Source: an uncultured Haloferula sp.
Lineage (GTDB): Bacteria > Verrucomicrobiota > Verrucomicrobiia > Verrucomicrobiales > Akkermansiaceae
DNA length: 64,000 nucleotides
Reading direction: 5' to 3'
NCBI GenBank assembly: GCA_965652295.1
Contig: CBFGTS010000001.1
Coordinates: 544,001 to 608,000 of the forward strand
The notes below the pieces were generated by a model. The model searched no databases. It saw only the letters and a list, made by a program, of their open reading frames with translations, and was not told the origin of the DNA. Shown in pieces: positions 1-10,400 of the stretch (within the stretch, counting starts at the first letter, position 1; every line of letters starts with the position of its first letter). The position numbers and the translations under genes are program-made.

Positions 1-485
1 CCCTGTTCCTCCGTTTCGGCGAACCGCGGAACCGGCACTGCGGTGGGAGGGGATTCCCAGACGTCCTCCGGCGGGAGTGGGGTGGCTTCGGGCAGGGGTT
101 CCGGAGCGGCGGGGATCGGCTCGGGCTCGGAAGGCGGAGCGGGTGATGGAGCAGGCTCCGGCTCGGAGAACGGCGCGGGCGGCGGCACCGGCTCCGGAGG
201 TCGGCGGAAATACGGGCGGGGGTCGCCTTCGGGTGTTGGGGCTTGCGGGGCGGCGGGGCCGGGTGGGCCGGGGGTCGGCACGAGTTCGGGGAGAGGTGCG
301 ACGGAGACCGGCGGCGCGGGTTCATGCGCGGCGGTGGCGGGAAAGGGCTGGAACGGATCGCTCGTCCGCGGGGGGGCGGAGATCCGTTTGCCGCAGGCCG
401 GACAAGGGCCGGGCACGTCCGCGGAGGACGCCGGGACCCGCAGGAGGATCCGGCAGATGGGACAGTGAAACTGAATGACCTCCAT
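1..485 (-). CDS. Zinc-ribbon plus proline-rich hypothetical protein (runs off the left edge)
   Basis: Not in the ORF track. Manual minus-strand translation from ATG at 485 gives MEVIQFHCPICRILLRVPASSADVPGPCPACGKRISAPP followed by a long P/E/A-rich linker. Two CxxC motifs. Lies 50 bp downstream of the PPTase on the same strand. Confidence 0.7.
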   Translation of the reverse strand, partial: MEVIQFHCPICRILLRVPASSADVPGPCPACGKRISAPPRTSDPFQPFPATAAHEPAPPVSVAPLPELVPTPGPPGPAAPQAPTPEGDPRPYFRRPPEPVPPPAPFSEPEPAPSPAPPSEPEPIPAAPEPLPEATPLPPEDVWESPPTAVPVPRFAETEEQ

Positions 486-535
486 GAAACGGTGTGTGTC
501 GGAAAGGTGACAGAGACTCTTCAGGCTGTCGACCT

Positions 536-1180
536 TCACGCCCAGCTCCACGAACCCTGCCCCTCACCTGTGGCCAGAGCGAAACTGTAGGCCGCAAGGT
601 GCTGGATTTCAGGGCGATGAATGCGGAGCCCGGCGAACTCATCGAGCGTGCCCCGTGCCCGGTCGGCGAAGATGCGCACCGCGGTGGGTGGGTGAGTGAA
701 GCCGGTGCCGAGGCATTTGAGAACCGCCTCCTTCGCCGTCCAGATATCGATCAACCGCCGTCCCTTCTCGGAGTCCGGCTGTTCCTCCACCTCCGCGATT
801 TCCTCCGGATGGCAGAAGGCCTGCTCGCATCCGATGAGTTCGTCGCCCCGCCTCAGAGCCTCGAGGTCGACCCCTACGGGGCCGTCCCGGGAAACGGCCA
901 GCACGCCGTATCGGTCGGTGTGGGTCAGATTGAAGTGCAGCCGGGTTCCGTCGAGAAACGGCTTTCCTTCGGGAGTCGCGCGCCAGACCAGCTCGCGGGC
1001 GGGCAGTCCGGTGTGGGCTCCGAGGCATTGGCGGACCTGGGCCCGGAATGAGGACCATCGATTCCGATCCGCCTCGAAGACGAAACGGGCCGCTTGATTT
1101 CGTTCGGCGGGAGACAGCGCCTCCGACGCTTCCGCAGCAGTGAGGAGTCCGGGGTCGAGGAGGTGGAGCAGAACGGGCAC
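536..1180 (-). CDS. Sfp-type 4'-phosphopantetheinyl transferase
   Basis: Motifs GKP, FNLTHT, VGVDLE and WTAKEAVLKCLGTG; divergent from a PKS/NRPS carrying four carrier domains. Confidence 0.92.
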   Translation of the reverse strand: MPVLLHLLDPGLLTAAEASEALSPAERNQAARFVFEADRNRWSSFRAQVRQCLGAHTGLPARELVWRATPEGKPFLDGTRLHFNLTHTDRYGVLAVSRDGPVGVDLEALRRGDELIGCEQAFCHPEEIAEVEEQPDSEKGRRLIDIWTAKEAVLKCLGTGFTHPPTAVRIFADRARGTLDEFAGLRIHRPEIQHLAAYSFALATGEGQGSWSWA

Positions 1181-1201
1181 GGCGGTGGCGGGGTGGGCGA
1201 A

Positions 1202-1231
1202 TTTGACAAAATTCCAGCGAGGGATGTCAAA
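1202..1231. promoter_or_regulatory. Inverted repeat TTTGACA-N16-TGTCAAA in the divergent PPTase/PKS intergenic region
   Basis: Perfect 7-bp arms in an AT-rich intergenic stretch; each arm contains a TTGACA -35-like hexamer, pointing in opposite directions. Confidence 0.35.
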
Positions 1232-1432
1232 AATACTTAAAATCGCTTCCTACGGAATCGCGTGGGTTCGGGGCGAAATCATCACAACCCTTTTTGGTTA
1301 AGGGTGTTGTGGGTGAAGTTGTTCTTCCGGAGTTCGGTCTGAAAATCTTGTAAAACCAAACTATCTTGTTAGTCTGCGCCTGCGATTCCCCCCATTGAAT
1401 CGCCTTTCACCCTACCCCATACCTCGCCAAGC

Positions 1433-4400
1433 ATGTCCCACGCCCCCTTGGTTGCGGTGCGCCTTAGTGCCACCTTTACGGCCGATCCCATCGTCCCCGT
1501 CCTTTGCCGCTGGTTCGACTCATTCGGCCTCGGTATTCCGGTGGAGGTCACCCCGATGCAGCAGGTTTTGCAGCAGTTGCTCGATCCGGGCAGCGCGCTT
1601 TCCGGAAATCGCGGAGGCGTGAACATCCTGCTCATCCGGGGAAGTGATCTCGCCGTGGACCATGCGGCCCGCGCCCGCTCCGCCGCCCGTGAAGTCGGTG
1701 CCGCGCTGGCGGAGTCGGTTTCCCGCGATGGTATCCGCACGCTGGTCGTGCTGTGTCCCGTCCGGGATGGCGGCGAGGCGGAGGAGATCTTCCGCGACGA
1801 GCTGCGCGATCAGGTCGCCGAAGTCGCGGGGGCGGAGTTCTTCGACGGCGGCGAGGCTGCCGGCCTGTATGACGTCGGGGAAATCTTCGACTCCGAGGCC
1901 GAAGCCGCGGCGTCGCTGCCGTTCACCGAGCCGATGTTCACCGCCCTCGGGACCACCCTCGCCCGGAAGGTGATGGCCGGACTGCGGAAACCGATCAAGG
2001 TCATCGCCGTCGATGCCGATCACACGCTGTGGAACGGCGTGGTCGGGGAGGTTGGATCGCGCGGCGTGGAAATCAGTTCCGCTCGCCAAGCCTTCCAGCG
2101 CGGGTTGATCGATCTCGGCCGCCAAGGCTACCTGCTGTGCCTGGTTTCCAAAAACCATCCGGATGATGTCGAGGCGGTCTTCCGCGAGAATCCGGACATG
2201 GTCATTCCGCGTGATGCCTTCGTGGATGCCGTGGTGAACTGGGAACCGAAATCCGCCAATCTCCAGCGCCTCTCCACCGATCTGAACCTCGGCCTCGACG
2301 CGTTCCTTTTCCTCGACGACAGCCCGGCGGAGATCGCCGAAGTCGCGGCCAACGCACCCGCCGTGTTGGGAGTGCGCGTCCCGGAAAACGAGGATGAGCT
2401 GGCGGGTTTCCTCCGGCATCTGTGGGTGCTCGATGCCCACTCGGTCAGTGCCGAGGACGCCCAACGGACCGATTTTTATCACGACGAAGCGCGCCGTCGC
2501 GAGCTGCGCCAGCGCACGTCCAGCTACGAGGAATTCATCGCCGGGCTCGAACTGCGGATGGACATCGCGGCGCTCGATGATTCCAACCTTGCCCGTGCCA
2601 GCCAGCTGACGCGGCGCACGAACCAGTTCAACTCCTGCCCCCGCCCGCGCGACGAGGCCGAGCTGCGGGAAGGTTCCCGCGGGATGGTCGCGAGGCTCGT
2701 CGAGGTCAGCGACCGCTTCGGTGACTACGGTGCGGTGGGCCTGATGATTTTCCGCGAGGACGGCGGCCGCCTGTGGGCGGAAACCTTTCTCCTGAGCTGC
2801 CGCGCGCTGGGTAAGGGCGTCGAACAACGCATGCTTCGCTATCTCGGCGAGGTGGCTGGAGAGCTGCACCTCGATGAAATCGCGATCTGGTTCAGCGACA
2901 GCGGTCGCAACCAACCCGTCCGCGATTTCCTCGAAAGCCAGCCCGGCCGCTGGGAAGACGAGCTGCGGATCATCCCCGCCGCCGCGGCGCGCGAGTGCTC
3001 GCTGGTGCCTTCGGCCGTCTCCGCCCGGTCGCAGGCGGTCGTCGCCGGAGAGCCGGTCACCGACGCCGAACACATGGCCACCATCGCCCGCGAACTGCGC
3101 ACCGCCGCAGCCATCGCCGCCTGGATGGCCGAGCCGGTGAAATCCCGCCCTGAGATCTCCGAGCGCTTCGTTTCTCCGGAAGGCCCGGTGGAGGAAAAGA
3201 TCGCCGCCATCTGGGCCGGCGTGCTGAACCTCGACAAGGTCGGCCGCAAGGACCGGTTCGTCGATCTCGGTGGCAACTCGCTTCAGCTCGTCCGCGTGCA
3301 CGCGCAGGTCCAGCGGGAGTTCGGCAAACATTTCGAGCTCGTCCGCATGTTCGAGCACCCGACCGTTGAGGAGCAGTCGGAACTCGTCGCCGGTGCGAAA
3401 GCGACTACGGCAGATGTCGTAGAAACCGTTTCCGAAAGCTCGGAGAGCGACGCCCTGGCGATCATCGGCATGGCCGTCCGCCTGCCCGGCGCGAACACAC
3501 CCGAGGAGCTGTGGGAAAACCTACGCAACGGCGTGGAGTCGATCGAACGCTTCACCGCCGGCGACGAGGATGTGCCCGGCCCCGCCGACGACCCGGCCTT
3601 CGTCCGCGCCCGCGGGCTGCTCGCGCCCGAGTTGTACGAGGGCGTCGATGGCGGACTGTTCAGCATCCTGCCACGCGAGGCGGAGATCATCGACCCGCAG
3701 CAACGCGTCTTCCTCGAACTCTGCTGGGAAGCGCTCGAGCGCGGAGGCTACACGCCCGACGCCGCCGAGGCCCAGGGCGGTCGCACCGGCATCTACGCCG
3801 GCTGTTATTACGATACCTACCTGCCGCACCACATCCTGTCCGATCCCGAGTTGCACCGCCGCCATCTTTCCGAAGCGCAGGTCGGCGCGCTGCAGGTGGA
3901 GTTCGGAAATGACAAGGACCACCTCGCGACCCGCGTCGCCTTCAAGCTGAATCTCAAGGGCCCCAGCCTCACCGTCCAGACCGCCTGCTCCAGCTCGCTG
4001 GTCGCCGTTGGCCATGCGGCGATGTCGCTGCGCGCCGGCCATTGTGACATGGCGCTCGCCGGTGGCATCACCATCACCGTTCCGCAAAAGCGCGGCTACC
4101 ACCACGAGGAAGGCGGCATGCTTTCCCGCGACGGCCATTGCCGGCCCTTCGATGCCGACAGCTCCGGCACGGTGTTTTCCAACGGCGGTGGCGTGGTCCT
4201 GCTCAAGCGGCTCAAGGACGCCATCCGCGATGGCGACCACATCCATGCCGTGATCCGCGGCTACGGCCTCAATAATGACGGCGGCACCAAACACAGCTAC
4301 GCCGCGCCGAGCGTCGATGGCCAGGCGGACGCGATCCGCCGCGCCCATCTCGATGCCGGTGTCGACCCCCGCACCATCACCTACATCGAGGCTCACGGCA

Positions 4401-7400
4401 CCGCCACGCCGCTCGGGGACCCGATCGAAATCGCCGGCCTCACCGCCGCGTTCCGTCAAAGTACGGCGGACACCGGGTTTTGCGCCGTCGGTTCGCTCAA
4501 ATCGAACCTCGGTCACCTCGACACCGCCGCCGGTGTCTGCGGACTCATCAAGACCGCGCTTTCCCTCGAGCATGGCGAACTCCCTCCCGTGCTTCATTTC
4601 CAGACGCCGAACCCGCGCATCGACTGGGCCGGCTCGCCGTTCTTCGTCAACGACACGCTCCGGCCATGGCAACCCGCCGGGGGCGCACCGCGCCGCGCCG
4701 GTGTCAGCTCCTTCGGCGTCGGCGGCACCAATGCCCACGTGGTGCTCGAAGAAGCGCCGCGCGACGTCACGCCGCGCGAGGAACCGCAGGGTCCGCGCCT
4801 GTGGGTCCTCTCCGGACGTACGACTTCCGCCGTAGATGAACTCGCCGGGAGGCTCGCCGCCTTCGCAGAAGGTGGCCGCCGCGATTCCTTCGCCGCCGCC
4901 GCCCGCACCATGTCGCTCGGCCGCAAGGCCATGACCCAGCGCGCCGTCGTCGTCGCCCGCGATTGGGATTCGCTCGCCAGCACGCTGCGGGATGCCCGCC
5001 CCGCCGCGATCGAATCCGCCGCCAGCGCTCCCGGACTTGTCTGGATGTTCCCCGGTCAGGGGGCGCAGCACCCGGGCATGACAGCCGACCTTTATGCGGC
5101 CGAGGCGGACTACCGTGCCGACATCGATTTCTGTGCCGACAACCTCAAGCCGCTGCTCGGCGAAGACCTGCGCGACACGCTTTTCGCCGAGGACGGCGAC
5201 GCCGCCGAGCGACTCAAGCACACCGTGCTCGCGCAGCCCGCGATCTTCGTCGTCGAATGGGCGCTGGCCCGCCAGTGGGCGCGTTGGGGCGTGCTGCCGG
5301 AACTCATGATCGGCCACAGCGTCGGCGAGTTCACCGCCGCTTGCCTGGCCGGTGTGTTCTCGATCGAAGACGGCCTGAGGATCCTCGCCGCCCGCGGAAA
5401 GCTGATGGGCGGCATGCCCGGCGGCTCGATGCTCTCGGTCCGTCTTTCCGCCGAAAAGCTCCGTCCGCGTTTGCCGCAGGGCGTCGACCTTGCCGCCAGC
5501 AATGGACCCGACCTCTGCGTCGTCGCCGGTGAGCGCGATGCGGTCGCCGCCTTTGCCGCGCAGCTTGAGACGGGGGGCGTCAACGTCCGTGAACTCCATA
5601 CCTCGCATGCTTTCCACAGCTGGATGATGGATCCCGTCGTCGAGCGCTTCCGCAAGGTCATCGAGGGGGTGAAACTCCACACGCCGAAGATGGCGATTCT
5701 TTCCACGGTGACCGCCTCGCGCCTTACCGACGAGCAGGCGACTGATCCCGGATACTGGGCCTCGCACCTGCGCCACACCGTTGATTTCCACGGAGCCATC
5801 GCTGCCGCGGCCGGGGAAAAGGAAGGTCGCCTCTATCTGGAAGTGGGTCCCGGTCAAACGCTCACCACGCTTTCCCGCCAGACCGCCGGCCGCCTCGGAA
5901 AAGGCTACGTCGCCAGCTGCAATCACCCTGCCTCCGACGCGCCCGACCACGATCGGCTGCTGCTCGCCGCCGGCGAGCTCTGGGCCCATGGCGCGAAGAT
6001 CGATCTCGCCCGTTTCCACGCCGATGCACCGGCGCAACGCGTGCCACTGCCGACTTATCCCTTCCAACGCCGGCGCGCGTGGCTTGAGTGCCGCCTGCTC
6101 GATCGGCCGGTCGAGCGCCTCGCACCGCTGCCGCAATCCGGAACCGTGGCCGACATCGCGGAGGTCCCGGTCATCGCCGCCGCGAGCATGCTCGATCAGG
6201 TCAGGGAAGTGCTCGAAGGCCTTTCCGGCATCCCTGCGGAGGAAATGGAGCCGCGTTTCAGTTTCCTGGAGCTCGGATTCGATTCGCTGCTGCTCACCCA
6301 GGCCGCGCGGGAGCTCGGCAAGACCTTCGGCGTGCCGATCGCGTTCCGAGATCTGATGCAGAATTTCCCGACGCTCGCACAGCTCACCGCCCATCTGGAA
6401 AAGCACGCCGCGCCGGTTGCCCGGGCCGCCGCGCCGGCTCCGGCTACGGCATCTGTCGTAGTGACGCCACCGCAGGATGCCGCCGCTCCCGCCGACATGC
6501 TCGGCCGTGTGCGCGAGGTGCTGGAGGCGCTCTCCGGGATCCCGGCCGCAGAGATGGAGCCACGCTCCGGTTTCCTCGAACTCGGCTTCGACTCGCTGCT
6601 GCTCACCCAGGCCGCGCGAGAGCTCGGCAAGGCTTTCGGCGTGCCGATCGCCTTCCGCGACCTGATGCAGAGCTATCCGACGCTCGCCCAGTTGGTCGCT
6701 CACCTTGAAGCCAATGCGACTGCCGCGCCGTCCGCTCCGGTCGCCAAAGCGGCACCGGTTGCCGTTCCGGCCACCCCGGATCAGCCCGAGGAAGAGTCCG
6801 GAGTTTCCGGCCCGCGCACCCGCATCGACCGCACCCGCAGCGGAGACGAACTCACGCCGCCACAGCGCGCCCACCTCGAGCAACTCATCGCCGAATACTG
6901 CGAGAAGACCCGGACCTCGAAAGCCAAGACCCAGCAGTTCCGCAAGTGGCATGCCGACCCGCGCACGGTCAATGGCTTCAACCGGCTCTACAAGGAGATG
7001 GTCTATCAGATCGTCGCCACCCGCATGAAGGGCAGCCGGATGTGGGACGTGGATGGCAATGAATACATCGACATGGTCAACGGCTTCGGCCCGAACTTTC
7101 TCGGCCACGCGCCCGACTACGTCACCGAAGCCATCCAGGAAGCCCTGGCCACCGGTCTTGAGATCGGCCCGCAGTGCGAGACCGCCATGGAGTGCGCCAA
7201 GCTGTTCTGCGAGGTCACCGGGAACGATCGCGTCTGTTTCCTCAACACCGGCTCGGAAGCGGTGCAGGCGGCGATGCGGATCGCGCGGACGGTCACCGGC
7301 CGCGACAAGATCCTGGTCTTCGACAAGGACTACCACGGCAACTTCGACCCGGTCCTCGTCCGCTCCGTCGGCAAGGGCGCGCGCCGCCGCACGCTGCCGC

Positions 7401-10400
7401 TCGCGCCCGGAATTCCGGACAGCGCGGTGGGTGATGTGATCGTGGTGCCGTGGGGCAAACCCGAGGCGCTCGACATGATCCGCGAGATCGCCCACGAGCT
7501 GGCCGCCGTGCTCGTCGAACCGGTGCAGAGCCGCCAGCCGGAGCTGATTCCGATCGAGTTCGTCCACGAGGTGAAGAAGATCTCCGAGGAGAGCGGCTTC
7601 CTGCTGGTCTTCGACGAGGTCATCACCGGCATCCGCCAGGGACCGGGCGGTTCGCAGGACCTCTACGGCATCCGCGCCGACCTCGCGACCTACGGCAAGG
7701 TCTTCGGCGGCGGTGCCCTGCCGATCGGCATCATTGGTGGCAAGGCGAAGTACATGGACACCTTCGACGGCGGCCAGTGGCAGTATGGCGACGATTCCTT
7801 CCCGGAAAAGGAAGTCACTTTCTTCGCCGGCACCTTCGTCCGTCTGCCTCTCGCCATGGCCGCCTGCCGTGCGGTGCTGAAGCACGTCCAGGCCCAGCCG
7901 AAATCCTACTGGCAGGACATCGGTGCGCGCGCCGATCGCCTCGCCCGCACGGTGGACCGTATGTTCCGCGACCACGGGATCGACGTTCGCATGGTGAACT
8001 TCAACTCGCAGATGTATCTCCGCGTCGGCGAGAGCGAGAAGCACGGCAACCTGATCTACTATCATCTCCGTAAACGCGGGGTGTTCGCGATGGAGGGGCT
8101 GCCCTTCTACCTGACCGCGGCGCATACGGACGCCGATGTTGATTTCGTGATCAATGCCTTCCGCGAAACGATCGCCGCACTCCAGGACGGCGGCTTCTTC
8201 CCGCGGCTCTCCATTTCCACGGAAACCGAAGCGGCTCCCGGAGTGCGAGGGCCGTTCCCGATGACCGAGCCGATGTCCGAGCTCTGGCTCGCCTCACTGC
8301 TCGGTGAGGAGGCGAACCTTGCTTTCAACGAAATGCTCCAGCTCCGGCTGGAAGGAAGCATCGATCTCGCCGCCGTCCGGCGCGCCTTGCAGGACCTCGT
8401 GGATCGTCACGACGCACTCCGTCTCCGCGTGCCTTCGCAGGAGAGCCCGCAGTTCGTGGTCGATTCGCGGCAGGAGATTTGTCTGATTGAAAAGGACTTC
8501 CGCGGGCTGGCCGATGCCGAGCAGAGCCTCGTCGAGGCCGGCCTCGAACAACGTGAGACGCCCTTCGATCTTGCCCGTGGTCCACTCTTCCGGGTGGTGG
8601 TCGCCCGCCTGCGCGACGACCTCACGGTGCTTCAATTCGTCGCCCACCATCTTGCGGCCGATGGCTGGTCATTCGAGGTCCTGATGAAGGACTTCAAGGT
8701 CTGCTACGAAGCCCGCAAGGTCGGCATGAAGCCGATCCTCAAGGGAGCGCCGTCGATCGTCGACCGCGCGCTGCGCGAACACCAGCAGGGCGGGGGAGAC
8801 GAAGCCGCGCTGGACTGGTGGCGCGAACGCTTCGCCAGCGGCGTGATCGAGGCCGATCTGCCCCTCAATAAGCCCTATGGCGCGGAGCCGGTTTACCGTT
8901 CCGCGACCTGCGAACTGATGCTCGACCGCACCATCGCCGAGCGCATGAAGGAGCTCGCCCGCAAGTGCGGCGCGACGCTCAACAGCACGCTCCTGGGTGG
9001 CTTCGAGGCGCTCGTCCACAGGCTCACGGGACAGTCCGAGTTCGTCCTGACTTTCCCCTCCGCCGGGCAGATGAGCTCGAACGAGGAGGCCCTCGTCGGT
9101 CATTGCGTGAATTTCCTGCCGCTGCCCGCCGAGGTCGACCCCGAGGCCTCGTTCAAGCAAGTCGTCGCCAAGGCGTCGTCGAACCAGCTCGACGTCCTCG
9201 AGCACGGCGAGATCACCTACGGGCAGCTCCTGCGCGCGCTGAAGCTCGGTCGCGATGGCGGTCGCCGGCCGATGATGGAGATCATCTTCAACCTCGAGCC
9301 TTCCGGCGATCCCGGCTACATCGGCAACCTCCGCGCCAAGGTGGAAACCGTTCCGGCCCGCTACAGCAATTCCACGATCTTCCTCAATCTCATGATCATG
9401 CCGGACGGCCTGCTGCTGTCGTCCACCTACAACCGTGAGTTGATCGACGAGGGCACGATGATGGCCTGGCTCGAGTCCTTCCGGGAGCTGCTGCTTGATG
9501 CCGCCCAGGATCCGACCAAGCCGGTCGGTCTGCTCAACCTTCTCGGCTCCGAAGCCCGTGCCCGGATCGAATCGTGGAGCCAGGGAGGAAGTACGGTGCT
9601 TCCCGTAAGCGTGTCCGACCGCTTCCGGGAAACCGCCGAGACCCACGCCACGCGCACCGCCCTGGATTGGGACGGCGGCAGCATGAACTACCATGATCTT
9701 GCCGCCCGCGTGTCCGGTCTCGCCAACGAACTCATCGCCCGCGGCGTGCAGCCCGGCGACCGCGTGGGCATCCACCTCGAGCGGGGCCCGGAGTTGATCA
9801 TTTCCATCCTCGCCGTGCTTGAGGCTGGCGGCTGCTACGTGCCGGTGGATTCCGGCTTTCCCGCCGACCGCCGTCGCCAGGTCTTCAACCAATGCGATGT
9901 GCGCCTCGTGCTCACCTGCGGCGATGGCGATGGCTGCGCGACGCTCGATCCGTCGACGGTCGGTACCGGTCCGGCCGGGCCGGTCCGCCGCCGGCCGCAC
10001 GATCCGGCCTACGTCATGTTCACCTCCGGCACCACCGGGGTGCCAAAGGGTGTGGTGGTCCCGCATTCCGGCATCATTCGGCTGGTGACGAACACGAAAT
10101 ACTGCCAGTTCTCACCGGAGGAAACCTTCCTCCAGGCGGCGACTCCGGCCTTCGATGCCGCCACGTTCGAGATCTTCGGCCCGCTGCTCAATGGCGGCCG
10201 GCTCGTTCTCCTCAACCCCGGCGAAACCTCGCTGGCGGACATCGCCACCGCGATCCGCGACAAGGGGGTGAGCACCGTGTGGCTCACCGCGGGATTGTTC
10301 GAGCTGATGGTCGATGAGCACCTCGACGACCTCAAGGGTTTGCGCCAGCTCCTCGCCGGTGGCGACGTGCTTTCCGTGCTCCACGTGCAACGCGCCTATC

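Noticed and set aside
43..590. Gly-rich plus-strand ORFs at the left edge
   Set aside because: They are the antisense reading of the Pro-rich zinc-ribbon gene on the minus strand.
3521..8125. 1534-aa minus-strand ORF, and similar long antisense ORFs (1520-3358, 14111-16234, 16319-18172, 24300-25820, 30802-32559, 35474-37111, 41988-43559, 49131-51143)
   Set aside because: They shadow well-supported genes on the opposite strand, show no recognisable motifs, and are expected from stop-codon scarcity in high-GC coding DNA.
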